64,000 nt of DNA from Epiperipatus broadwayi (taxonomy: Eukaryota; Animalia; Onychophora). The notes below the pieces were generated by a model, which saw only the letters and a program-made list of their open reading frames with translations, made no database searches and had not been told where the DNA came from. Below, one piece after another: positions 41,801 to 53,944 of the stretch. The number at the start of each line of letters is the position of its first letter. Within the stretch, counting starts at the first letter, position 1. The stretch is from assembly GCA_028023455.1 (NCBI GenBank), contig JAQFVV010000010.1, positions 8,556,001-8,620,000 on the forward strand, in the 5' to 3' direction. The position numbers and the translations under genes were made by a program.

Positions 41801-42290
41801 ATCTCTGCCAAAAAATTCTTCAAAAGCTGTCCATTCTTATTATCTACATCATCAATTTCTTCAATATGCCCATTCACATCCCCTATAACCATAATATTCT
41901 TCCCCCTTTTTTGAATCTCTGTATATCCTTAACTAGGAATTTATATATGATACTATTCTTTTAGTTTGACTATCTCCAGTGGTTATATACACTATAGCCA
42001 CCATCCCTTCTTGTCTTCCTAACCTTATCTCAAACCACAAATATTTGACATTTAACAGTATTTAAATATTTTTTTGATATAACTCCTATACCACCACTCC
42101 TCCTTTCTTTTTTTATATTTATACCCTGCCATATCAATCCTTCAATATAGATTCTTCTTCTCTTAGATAAGTTTCCACTACTACTAGTACCTGTAGCTCT
42201 TAATTTTTAACTATTTTACTTAATTCTAGCCACTTTTCTGGTCTTCTACGACGACCTTGCATACTCAAATACCTAATTTAACAAATTCTT
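38900..42290 (-). pseudogene. LINE ORF2 relic: AP endonuclease and reverse transcriptase
   Basis: IMVIGDVNGH (~41870), SSDHNF (~41635), GKARGLD...LSNYRPI (ORF 40657-41067), GLRQVCPMSSILF...LLFADD (ORF 40130-40360); many stops. Confidence 0.9.
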
Positions 42291-42499
42291 CGTTCCTAAC
42301 TACTCTTTTATAAAATCTTTTGACTCTTTCTTCTTTATTACATTCATAAATAACTTTCTTACCATTAATTTTACAGACCCATTTCTTTCCCACATCTACA
42401 TTTATAAATCAGCTCTCTTTGTTTCTTTCTTATATCTTATCCATTCTTCTTTCTAATAACACTGCCACTTAAAATCCCACCCCTGTTATAAGTTTCCCA

Positions 42500-43420
42500 A
42501 ACTATATTCTTTTATAAATCAAACTCCATAAAATTTCATTACCTTGTTTTTGTAAGAACAATACATCTTTACTATATAACTCCCTCTTACAAACATAATA
42601 ATCCCACCCATCCACAAATATAACAGCATTTCTCCCACACAATTTTTTCAATTTTTTATTTATAGAACATGCCCTATCCAACATATACTTATTGTCAAAT
42701 CTAATAATCCAACTTTCCCTACTCTTCCTTTAATCTTACTCAAATTACTAATCAATTCTATGTACTCATCCACTACTTTCTCTGATGATTCTGACAAATT
42801 ATTTGTCCCTACCATAACATACACATTTCTACTCCCTTGTTTCTTTACCTTATCTGTAACATTCCTAATTCTACCTCCAGTCAGACATACTCTTACATAC
42901 CCCTTTCTATTTTTCCTTGAAATTATATCTCCATAATGTCTAATTAGTATATCTCCTATCAGTACTGTCTCATAGTTTACTATCTCTATTTCATCTGTAA
43001 CATTCTCTACCACCTTCTGGACTTCCTTATCTACTTTTTTCTTATCATTCCTACTCAATAATTCCTTTATCTGCTCACACTTTCTCTCTAACAATTTTAA
43101 TTTTACTCTGCATCTTTTACTTCTGTCTCTGTCTTACTTATTCTTCAACTAACCATCTCCATTGTACTATTTATTTTTCCATCCATATCTCTTGTCACTC
43201 CACTAAAAACATACTTTGTCCCATCTTCCTCAACTACAATTTGCTCCATTTCTTCTGACTTTCTCTTCAAACTAATTATACTTAGAAACCACTTTTTCAT
43301 CTCTTTTATTACATTTACACACTGTCTACATAACCACAAATATGTTACATCCTTCCTAGTCTTATTTAAGCATTTTAAATGTAAACCTCATCACATACAA
43401 TATACTCTACTACTGCATGC
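42500..43420 (-). pseudogene. LINE ORF1 relic: PHD finger and SGNH/GDSL esterase
   Basis: C...LHLKC...WLCRQC at 43320-43410; VLIGDILIR, VCLTGGRI and VMVGTNNL in ORF 42660-43094. Confidence 0.75.
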
Positions 43421-43702
43421 TTAATTTCTTTCTAATCCTTATATATGCATTGTGGGACACAAATGCAATAATCCATATTCCTTATTTTCAAACCTACTCT
43501 ATATTTAACTTTATGCTTCCTCTCCTATTCTTCAAAACCCTTTCCCAAAAGGAGAAAAACTTTACTTTTTTTCAGTAGTGATTGATAAACACTTGTTTCC
43601 CAACCTTAGATCTCAAAATGTTATCTTCTTTCACAAATAAATCACTTCCTTTCTTAAATTAAAAAAATCTTTAACAGCAGCAAATTTATTAAAAAACCAA
43701 GT

Positions 43703-44010
43703 AAACAAACAATTTTTGTATCAGTTAAATTCTCAGTTATTTGAAGATAATTTGCAAAAAAGAAAATATATATATAAACTTTAACTTAACTTGCAAATAA
43801 AACAGCCATGTCAGCATAGCAAGGCAGTCAAAGCCTTAAATCTATCTCACCTGATCACAATTTTCTCTCCATCTCAACACAGCAAACAAACAATCCTCAT
43901 AGCAGTTAAATTCTCAGTTCTTTGAAGAAAATTTTCAAAAAAAAAATTATAAACTTCAACCCAACTTGCAGAACAAAATAATTACATCAGTACAGGAAGG
44001 CCATCAGAGA
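43703..44010. repeat. Diverged ~181-bp tandem repeat at the LINE 5' end
   Basis: AAACAAACAAT...CAGTTAAATTCTCAGTT at 43703 and 43884. Confidence 0.8.
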
Positions 44011-44014
44011 ACAA

Positions 44015-44807
44015 GACCAATTACCCTACAGTAACTCCCCCAATGGACATTATTTGCATTATGTTACAATAAATATAATTATTAAAATCCATACATTTAA
44101 TATAATTAGTAAAATACATATATGTGTATAAAAATGATTAAACTTATTACAGTCCCCCCCCCCCTATAATATATATATATATTTATAAATAATCTAAAAA
44201 ACAATAATAATAATCCTTTCTTCTATTTTTAAAATTATAACTCTAAAGTTTTCAATAATCTAACAATACCCATTTCCCCCTAATTGTGCTGGTCCTTTAA
44301 CCATGTACATATTTGTTTAAATTTTCTTGAATATACAGTCTCATAACATTTTATTTCCTTGTAATTTTTAACAGACTTTATTACCTGAAATTTTTTTCCA
44401 CAATTCATTTTATGCCCAGTATCCAAAAAATGGAAAAATATTCAGGTAATAAAGTATGTTAAAAATTGCAAGGAAAGAAAATGTTATGAGTCTTTCTATA
44501 TTCAAAAAACAAATGTGTAAACATGGTTAAAAGTCCAACATAATTAAGGGGAAATGGGCATTGTTAGATTATTGGAAATTTTAGATTTATAACTTTAAAA
44601 ATAAAAGAAAGGATTATTATTATTGTTTTTTTTATAGATTATTTGTAAATATATATATATTATGGGGGGATGGACTGTAATAAGTTTAATCATTTCTATG
44701 TGTATATATGTATTTTACTAATTATATTTAATGTATTTATTTTAATAGTTATATTTATTGTAATGTAAATAATGTCCATTGGGGGAATTGCTGTAGTGTA
44801 AACGGTC
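44015..44807. repeat. Family F4 long inverted repeat (~385-bp arms, 30-nt loop)
   Basis: 44015-44400 is the reverse complement of 44431-44807; 44808-44965 additionally pairs with 38690-38846. Confidence 0.92.
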
Positions 44808-45949
44808 ATGTGATTGTATAAAAAGCAACATCTTGATTAGGTTCCATTAAGAAATGAAAATCAGACTGATGTATTAAATAATATTTTTATTTATAGTGAG
44901 TTGTCTATTTCAATTTTATTTTTAAATTGATTATTATTATTTTTATATATAGAAGACAATATTGTGGATAAATTTTGATATTTGATCATTTAAAGTATTG
45001 TTGTCTATATAATTAGTGCTTATTCTTCAATTTAATATAAATATTTAAACAACCTGATGTGAGTTTAAGTAATGGTTAGATCAATATACTTTTTCAAATA
45101 ATAATTTTAAAACATTGTTTAAAAAGTAAAGCATCATAATGCTATAGTTTTGGGTTTTTTAAATCATTTACCATAACATTTTTTTTTTCGTATATATGAT
45201 GTAAAAAGAATTATATTTAATAATAAATGTTAATAATATACTTCATCCACAGACCATTATTTAATTTAAATTTAGAATAATGATTACCCATAGATTGTAT
45301 AGTGTTCAATGATACAAATATTTTTTTGATGGGTCCTTTTGTTCTGTGAGGAACTATAAATTATTCAATGTTGCTGTAAAGTTTTATCAGAATATTTTTA
45401 AAGATAATATATATATACAATTCTGCTAAGTAAGTATTAAGTATTAAAGTTTGAAACCGTTGTGACAAGGTGTATTAAGATATCATCATTCTTATGAATT
45501 ATTTTGATTGGATAAAAATTTAATGTAGTCCTTTTTCTATTTATAATTTTTATATAATAAAAAATTTAAAATTGAAATTAACTGAAACATTTGTTTTATT
45601 AAAAAGTATGTTGCAGCATATGAAAGTTCTCTATATCCATTAGGTTCATCTGTTTTAGTTGTACGCAATTCCAAAAAATAATACAACGTTAAGAAATTAA
45701 AAGAAAAATAATTTTTTAGATAAGAGTGCAATTTCTTGGTATAATTGAAAATATCCAGAAGTAATTGCAATCACTATATCATTTATTATCTCATTAAAGC
45801 ATACTAACAATTCTGAAAAATTAAATAAACATTACATTTTATTATCTATAGTTTTGTATATAGATTCATATTATTACTATAAACACAAACTTTTAAAACA
45901 CCGCCTATGTGTTAAATATATATCCAACTGGATATTTCTATTCTTCATA

Positions 45950-46028
45950 TGTCATAGCATCGGCCGGGACGCGAACCCACAACCAACTACTTGCTTGCAA
46001 GGCAGCTGCGATGACCTCTCGTCTAACA
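45950..46028 (-). mobile_element. tRNA-Gly SINE, CpG-rich subfamily
   Basis: Minus strand GAGAGGTCATCGCAGCTGCCTTGCAAG...GGGTTCGCGTCCCGGCCGATGCTATGACA; 13-bp direct repeat ACCGCCTATGTGT at 45900 and 46029. Confidence 0.85.
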
Positions 46029-46541
46029 ACCGCCTATGTGTATTTTATATACTTAAAAAACTTTGTATTCAACAGTATTTAAAATAAATGAAATATTTAA
46101 AATAAAGATCATACTTTTTCCTTCTTAGCAATTGAATGTGTCTTTTTACCATCTATTTGAACTATAAAAAAAAAATTAAAAATATAATTAAATTTAATTC
46201 TTTTAAAAAGATTTTTATTACTATTTGCTGCTATCATTGTTATTTTAATTAGTTGCATCTCACAAGTGTATTTATATATAATTGCAGCATTATAGTTTTT
46301 CTTAATAGATTAAATTTTTAACCATTCAAAACACTAACAATCCATGCTTGTAAATAGCTAAGTTGAATTTAGAAAAAGAAACAATATCTAAACAGATATA
46401 ATAGTGAAATTAAAGATGAAAAATTTGTTGTACTTAAATATATTTAATACATTTATAAATGCATATTATGTATTAGTAAGATTTTAACCATAATTTGACA
46501 TGGAGAGTCTAGTTTTATAGCTATATATTTTTTTTCTCATG

Positions 46542-46634
46542 TGTCATAGTATCAGCCGGGAAGCGAACCCGCTAACTCTGGACAACTGCTTGTAAAGCGG
46601 CTGTCGCTGACCTCTCGACCACCAATGCTTGACA
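46542..46634 (-). mobile_element. tRNA-Gly SINE, full length
   Basis: TGTCAA-GCATTGGTGGTCGAGAGG (A box)...GGGTTCGCTTCC (B box)...TATGACA plus an A-rich tail. Confidence 0.9.
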
Positions 46635-46851
46635 TTTATTTTAGAAAATGCATTTTTTTAGTAATAAAGCTGTACAAATATTTATTATTATTGATCAATA
46701 ATTTATTGTCATTTAAAAATTTTTTTCATTTCTGAAAATAGATATATACGAGTTAAAATTTTATTTTAAGACATATATACTAATAGATATAGAAATAGTA
46801 TTTTTTTTTTTTTTAAAAAAAGAAAGATATCTCTCTCTTTTTTTATATATG

Positions 46852-46930
46852 TGTCAAAGCATCGCCGGCGAACTCTGGGACAACTGCTTGTAAGGCAGCT
46901 GAGCTAGCCACTAGGCCACCAACACTTGAC
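46852..46930 (-). mobile_element. tRNA-Gly SINE, internally deleted
   Basis: Both ends are retained; part of the T-arm is missing. Confidence 0.8.
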
Positions 46931-47828
46931 TAGATATTTCTCTTTTAACAGAAAATAAAAAAAAAGTATATTGTTACAAAGTTAAATGATATAGATATTG
47001 ATATAGATATTTATACTTATCTTGTTTTTTTTAAAAAAAATTTTACTTTAAAATGGTTGTAATACTAATTTAATTATTAATAGATATGCATACATATAGT
47101 ACATTTAGATTGAAAACATATGTACAATATATGTGCATGGGGGTGTAAAGAGTATATTTACATAAGCTATACATCCATGTTTGCCTATTAAAACTGTTCA
47201 TACCATTTCATTATGGTTTGCTATTTCTGAAAACTATAAATTCATAACTTGAAAGGATTTTATTCTAAACTGGCTTGTAATATAAATAAAGTTAATGCTG
47301 AAGATTGTAAATAGTTTTCACTAAAAATGTCAATTATAATAGCAATGCTATATTTTTGCAAAGAAAAGAAAAAAAAGTAAATGTTTAATTGAAAATGAGG
47401 GAGTACCCAAAAATAACTGCAATCATTCTCTGGTAGCCATGCCTGTTATAGTATATACTTCTGCTTTTGGATACCTTTTGCAGGAACCCTTATGCATCAA
47501 TCTGCCAAATGATGTCATCATGTGAAATCACACTGCCACATAGCATATTTTTTTGTTAAGTGCATATCTGTAATGGTTGAAAAGTTGGAACAACATAAAA
47601 TTCTGTTTCTTTTAGAAAAATGGCAAGGAAAACAGTTTACAAGCAAATTGCTCTGAAAAAAACAACATAAGTTTATGTGTTGTTTAATGGAAATGTCAAA
47701 TTTGTCACAGCACCAAAAAGTGTGGTAAGTGCAATTCAATGTCAAGATGCTGCTGATTTTTTTTTGGATGCAAATGCTATTATTCACTCACTCAGAATTC
47801 ATTCATAATGATCACATATGTAAAATGT

Positions 47829-48073
47829 CAATAAACATCACATGACCACCTCTTCATATGCTTGTGTATAATTGTTATTAAAACAGGCAAATCTCACTAT
47901 ATATATTGCTACACACAGCAAGCTAGAGTAATCAATGGATTCCAGAAGGTTTGTGCATAAAATCCCCACTAGATGGCACTAGATGGGGATTTTATGCACA
48001 AGCCTTCTGGCATCCATTGATTACTCTAGCTTGCTGTGTGTGGCAATATATATAGTGAGTTTTGCCTGTTTTA
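47829..48073. mobile_element. Family F1 fold-back insertion without ribozyme (~100-bp arms)
   Basis: 47873-47972 is inverted against 47979-48078; 13-bp TSD ATA(T/C)GTAAAATGT at 47816 and 48074 with one mismatch. Confidence 0.88.
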
Positions 48074-48086
48074 ATACGTAAAATGT

Positions 48087-48436
48087 ACAAGTTCTGAAAC
48101 ATTGGCATGATGTTGCAAAACATAAATATCTCATTTTGTGGCAAAGTGAGGAGAGCAATATTCACCATGACAATGACTAGCACACAAAGCCAGTGTATCC
48201 ATCAGTCATGTTCACTTGATCTTATTCTATATGACTTCTTTTGATCTCTCGACTGAAGTGGTGAAGATAAAATGATGGTGATGTTAGAAGCCTTTTCTTT
48301 ACAAGAATTTCCAGACTATTTTCAAAAGTGAAAAACACATTTAGAGCAGTGCATTGCATTAAATGGACAAAATTTTGAAAGGGACTCAATCTGTAACATC
48401 TAAAAATATACTAGTTAGTTTGGATGCCTCCTTGTA
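48087..48436 (+). mobile_element. Decayed mariner transposase C-terminal fragment with probable 3' TIR
   Basis: IHHDN (LHHDNA), SLDLILYDFF (SPDLAP.DF), FQK*KTHLEQCIALNGQNFE (mariner C-terminus); ends ...CCTTG|TA. Confidence 0.75.
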
Positions 48437-49627
48437 TCTATTAGAAACACATACTACATGCAGATTAATGCCACTGTGAATTTTAATATTCACACAAACT
48501 TGGAACTATATATCATGAATTTGAGGGAACTAACTGTAATTTCAATTTATGTTAAGCAACAACTGATTTATCTGGTTGTCTTATTCAAATAGCTTTTATA
48601 TTTTTTTTGCAGATAACGAGACAAAATATCTAGTTTGTCGTATATTTTATGACAGATTCACATAATATTTTATAAATAACTGGTATTATAAAAAGAATTT
48701 GAGATTAATACAAATAATCACAGGATACCATAAAAACTTCATGCATTTAGAAATTACCTGTAAATGTAACTTCCAAATATTCCATCTTCATACATTTAAG
48801 AAATATGGATAAAATATTAGATTAAAACAACCAGATAAATCAACTACTGCCTATCATGCATTAAGATTCAATCTCAATATGATAATTGACAAAATTATTT
48901 TAGTTAAAATTACAGATTATTTAAAATATATATTAAGATTATTTATATGCTCAAAAATAGCAGTGATTTTAATAAAGATGATTCACTAAAATTGGAATGA
49001 CTAAAAATAATATAAATATAGAATGTTAAGTTTTGATGATTTTTGTCATCCATTCAGAAATAATTCATGTCCAGATGATTATTTGGGTAAATAATCAAAA
49101 TGATTTAAAATATTAATATAAAGCAATAATTGGAATCCTTTCAAACAAAGAAAATCTGTCTTCCAAAAATACATATTTAGAAAATTCAATATATATATAT
49201 ACAGAACCAGCTTTAAATTAAAATTAAACTTACCTATAAGTAACATTTTCAGGCATTGGTACTGATGCTCTTCTCCAATTTAGAAAATTTTTTCCTTCAG
49301 AGGACCAAAGTGATATGTTTGGGAAAATTTTATTTATAAGATGTAATTTTAGTGGAAATCCTGGTCTCATATATTGAAAATAAAAAAATCGAATCTGTAT
49401 TAAAGACAATAAATAGATATGTAATATATTTATATTATATTTTGCATAGCTTATATATATATAAAATAACAATTTTTTAATCCAATCAGATTAATTATAA
49501 ATGAAATGTACAAAATAAATTTTTAAAATATATTTATAGCAGTATTATAAATGACAGTTTAAATAAGAAAGATGTGTTGACCCTGGTCCATGTTTGATTA
49601 TCATATTTTTAAACATGTAAGAACATT

Positions 49628-49900
49628 TAGGCAGGATTGGTTTTAAGCCAATAAACATTACATGATCACAATTTCTTATGCTTGCTCATACCTGTTATTA
49701 AAACAGGCTAAACTCTCTATACATATTGCTACTCAGTGCAAGCCAGAGTAATAAATGGATGCCAGAAAGCTTGGGCATAAAATCCCCATCTAGTGCCTAC
49801 TCATCCAATATCCCCAGACTAGTTTCTGGCTTGTGGCCTTCATCAGTGAGGAGCCTTGGATCTGAGAGTACTGCAATATGTACAGAGAGTTTTGCCTGTT
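49628..49900 (-). mobile_element. Family F1 copy with short inversion
   Basis: Minus copy 49628-49874 followed by the inverted piece GCAATATGTACAGAGAGTTTTGCCTGTTTTA; no TSD was found. Confidence 0.88.
49811..49852 (-). ncRNA. Minimal type I hammerhead ribozyme (F1)
   Basis: TCCTCA-CTGATGA-AGGC-CACAA-GCCA-GAAA-CTAG-TC-TGGGGA, same as 18323-18364. Confidence 0.85.
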
Positions 49901-50624
49901 TTATGAATATTTCATGCATTATTATTCTGAAAAATGTAATATCAATTAAAATCTCAATTCATCAATTAAATCTTCTATACATATACTTAACTTTTATATA
50001 TTTCTCCATCTTTTTATCATTTTATTTATGATCTCGCTAATAATTCAAGACTATTTTTACTCAAGTTTTTTATTAATCTACTGTCTTTATAATTACATCT
50101 TTTAGATTATCCTTATGTAATAACCCTTCTTTTCACATAAATTTATTTTGTCTGTTAGCTGTTACTAAAATGTTTATTTTTTTAATGAAACAAAATTAAA
50201 ACAATTAATATTCCTCTTTAAATAAATTGCTTGTTTTGTTTTGCTTGGGGTTTTATTACTATTTTAGAAAATAATCTCACTTCTTTCACTACTTGTAGGA
50301 ATCTATATCAATTCCAAAATAGGAACATGCATTCCTAATAAAGTTTGAAAAATTATTTTACTAGGAATTTCCATGTGCAAATTAATATGATTATCTATTT
50401 AAGTGTATCTATATTTAATTATAACTTAAAAAATATTTTAAATGGATGAGACTATAACTAATCAAGGGTCATCAAGCCACATTGTAATTATTCATAAATT
50501 GTAAATTGAGTATTGTCATGAGTAAAACACATCAAACATATTCTCACCATGATAAAACATTAGGTAAAAATTATTAAGAAATTATTAAAACACAGAAATG
50601 AGAAATTGACAATATCAAAAAACA

Positions 50625-50713
50625 ATAGCCGAGAGGTTAGCGCAACTGCCTTGCAAGTAAGCAGTTGGTTGCAGACGGTTGTTGCGGGTTTGCCTCCCGC
50701 TGATGCTATGACA
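50625..50713 (+). mobile_element. tRNA-Gly SINE variant with expanded variable region
   Basis: CCGAGAGGTTAGCGCAACTGCCTTGCAAG...GATGCTATGACA plus an A tail. Confidence 0.8.
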
Positions 50714-50855
50714 TATAAAAAAAAAAATAATAAAAAAAAAGAAGAAATTAAAGTAAATTAAAAATAAAATCAAGGAAATATGGTATATACATAAATAGTA
50801 AAAATAGTGAAAGCAGTAAACAAATAAAAGAAAAGAAATTATTATTATTTTCATA

Positions 50856-50909
50856 TGTCAAAGCAACTGCTTGTAAGGTGGCTGACCACTTGACCACCAA
50901 TGCTTGACA
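50856..50909 (-). mobile_element. tRNA-Gly SINE with T-arm deleted and both termini kept
   Basis: TGTCAAAGC-AACTGCTTGTAAGG...ACCACCAATGCTTGACA. Confidence 0.75.
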
Positions 50910-51556
50910 AGAAAAGGAAAATTTAAAAGATATTGCAATAGACATAACTTATTCTGAAAAAAGACCTTGGATTATTAAGGAGACCATGAATAAAATTCTA
51001 AAAAAAAAAAAAAAAAGAAGAATTATAAAGTTTCACTTTACAAAAGATTAAAATTAGCAGATTGGTGGATTGTTAACAAATTCAAAATTGTGAAAAAAGT
51101 AAATGTTTTTACATTAACGGAAATTTAATTTGGAAAACTTATTGGGACAAATTTTTATAGTGAAATAAGTATCTAGAATACTAAAAAAATATTATACTAA
51201 AAGTAGAAACTGAAATGTATATATTTTAAGTTCTTTATTCAAAGACAATTGTAAAAATTAAATTATAGGATATTAAAAACAAGCAATAACGTGACCATCA
51301 TTATTATAATTTATCATTATTATCAACTAAATAATAAAGTTTCATTTATATTAATAAATGACATAAAAAGTCAAAATAGTAAAACTGTTTAAAAATTAAA
51401 TTATTTAAGCAGGAAAATGGCATAAATAATAATATTTTAACTTAAACAAAGGAAAAACTCTCAGATACAGTAGTGCCACCCTGTGAAACCAGAGTAATCA
51501 GTGGATGCCAGAAGGCTTGTGCATAAAATCCCTATCTAGTGCCTAGTCATCCAATA

Positions 51557-51598
51557 TCCCCAGACTAGTTTCTGGCTTGTGGCCATCATCAGTGAGGA
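51557..51598 (-). ncRNA. Minimal type I hammerhead ribozyme (F1), fully paired stem II
   Basis: TCCTCA-CTGATGA-TGGC-CACAA-GCCA-GAAA-CTAG-TC-TGGGGA. Confidence 0.9.
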
Positions 51599-51774
51599 AC
51601 CTTGGATCTGAGAGCACTGCACCTAGATCTTAGAATCTAATGCAACCCTCTAGTAGCCACCTTTTAACTCTACTTTACTACAAAATTATGAGAATGAAAT
51701 TGAAAACACAAAAATATTTTCAGAGGGTTGCATTAGATCCTAAGATCTAGGTGCAGTGTTCTCAGATCTAAGGT

Positions 51775-51816
51775 CCCTCACTGATGATGGCCACAAGCCA
51801 GAAACTAGTCTGGGGA
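51775..51816 (+). ncRNA. Minimal type I hammerhead ribozyme (F1), fully paired stem II
   Basis: CCCTCA-CTGATGA-TGGC-CACAA-GCCA-GAAA-CTAG-TC-TGGGGA; predicted cleavage after 51810. Confidence 0.9.
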
Positions 51817-52029
51817 TATTGGATGAGTAGGCATTAGATAGGGATTTTATGCACAAGCCTTCTGGCATCCATTGATTACTCTGGTAGCACAGGGTGACAC
51901 TACTGTATGGAGCGTTTTGCCTTTGTTTTCAACAATTATGTGCTAGTATGAGATGTGATCATGTAATATTTTAACTTAATTATTTGCATTTAAAATGTTA
52001 AAACTTATAATGATGTTTTAGTAAATTAA

Positions 52030-52375
52030 TACACTATAGAGGCTTAAACCTGCATATATATATATATATATATATAATGTATGCAGGATTCAAACTCAGA
52101 CTTTCACATGACTCTCAACTCTCCATGCCATCTCATATTGCTGACCCACCTGATCACATACATGATGAAAAGATAAATAATCACCAATATAGTATTTCAT
52201 GCTAAAACAGCACTCACCAGTTGGCCCAGATTATCATCTCCACACATATATACAATCAGTGCTCAGTTTTATATTGAGATAGCCAATCTTCATACTTTAA
52301 TGGATAGGCTTCAAACTACTCCAACCCACAACTCTTCAGACTTCCATTTCATTGAAAATCTGATGATGGTTTTAA
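52030..52375 (-). mobile_element. Family F2 copy, core mutated (CTGGTGA)
   Basis: Aligns with 59200-59480 and 52745-53035. Confidence 0.85.
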
Positions 52376-52744
52376 GTATTTAATTAAATTTTATACTTAC
52401 AGACCTAACACAAACATTAATAAAACTTTATATACATGGTGTCAATACAATGTATAATTTATTACAACTCATAAACAAAAATAAATAATAGATGAACAAA
52501 TGTGCTTAATTTATAACATTTCGAAAATAAATTAAACACTCAAATAACAGAATAGATTAATATTTTTATTTTTTATATTTACCATAACATGTTATTACCT
52601 CAATCATTATTATTACTTATAAAAAAATATAAACCACTGCTAACTTGAGGAAGGAGGGACAAAAACAACAATTAAAGTTTAAATATGAAATTTGCAATAA
52701 CTATCCAAAAAAATATGTAAACCCAAATCACTATATATTACATA

Positions 52745-53070
52745 TATAAAGGATTCGAACTCAGACTTTCACATGACCCTCAGCTCTCCATGACATCACA
52801 TATTGCTGACCCACCTGATCATACACATGTTGAAAAGATAAATAATCATCAATATACATATTTCATTCTAAAACAGTAATCATCAGTTGGTCTAGATTAC
52901 TATCTTCACACATATATACAATCAGTGCTCAGCTTTATATTAAGATAGTCAATCTTCATACTTTAATGAACAGGCTTCAAACTATTCCAACTCACAACTC
53001 TTCAGTCATCCATTTCATAGAAAATCTGATGATGGAACGTTCAAAGTCCACGGTAGTGACAAGATTGTCA
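52745..53070 (-). mobile_element. Family F2 copy with decayed ribozyme stems
   Basis: Same-orientation repeat of 52085-52372; CTGATGA and GAAA are kept but stem II is mismatched; GAGTTCGAATCC on the minus strand at 52750-52761. Confidence 0.85.
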
Positions 53071-53910
53071 TCCTATATTATTTCTTATTCTGTTTATCTT
53101 GTTGGACTGTCATTTAATCTCTTCTAAAGCAAACGATCTTTTAAAAAATTATTATTATTAATAAGAAATTAATAACAATAAAACTTCTTTTTCCTTTTTT
53201 TTTTTTTAAAAAAAAAAGTTTTATTTTTATGAACTCATATATATTGTAATACATTATATACGTTTCTGGCATTTCAACTATTACCTTATAGTCATTATCA
53301 AGGATCTACAAATATATATATATTGTAAACTTATGTTTACTACTGTAATTGTCTAATATAACTCAACAAACTATAAATATTTTATTGCCTTTATTTTTAT
53401 GGTTAAGCAAATATATTCATCACTATCATTAGTGAAAATAGCAGATAATATACTCAAAATTTTAAGATCAAAAATTTCTCATGTTACTGCTTAAAAGAAA
53501 GTATAAAATTTTTGAAAGTATTTAAAGATGTCTTCCAAGCAGATTTTCTAATCAATGTTTATATAAATTATGTAAAATATGAGCATTTGTATTTTATTAT
53601 TTTTTTTAAAAAGCGCCATTGGATTTTATAGACAAATAAAGATACTTACATAAAATAAATATTTTATGAAAAGATATAGAATAGAATAATAAATCAAGCA
53701 TAACAACACAAAATATTTTAAGATAAAATAATTACTATTAAGATTACATTCACTTAAGTTTATAGAAAAAAAAACATTCATTTAAAATTGATGTGTGCAT
53801 ATGAGATATCTTATATGTTTTATATTTGGTCAAATTATAATATAAAACTAGCAAAACTGATTTATCTTGTTCTTTTAGCAAGTATTACTGGATAAATTGG
53901 TAAATTAAGT

Positions 53911-53944
53911 TGTGAAATCTTTCGATTTATCGAAAGATTTCGCA
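53911..53944. other. Near-perfect short palindrome
   Basis: GAAATCTTTCGAT-TT-ATCGAAAGATTTC (13-bp perfect arms, extendable to 16 with one mismatch). Confidence 0.85.

Larger units (their letters stand above)
38847..44010 (-). mobile_element. Full-length decayed LINE of the CR1/L2/RTEX group (PHD and esterase ORF1; APE and RT ORF2)
   Basis: It splits F4 at CACATGA|CC with ACATGA/ACAAGA as the junction repeat; domain motifs are in the correct order; (ATCTC)n-like 3' tail. Confidence 0.88.
51446..51963. mobile_element. Family F1 head-to-head double insertion with two intact ribozymes
   Basis: Minus copy 51446-51720, plus copy 51721-51963; 16-bp TSD TAATATTTTAACTTAA at 51430-51445 and 51964-51979. 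Confidence 0.93.
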
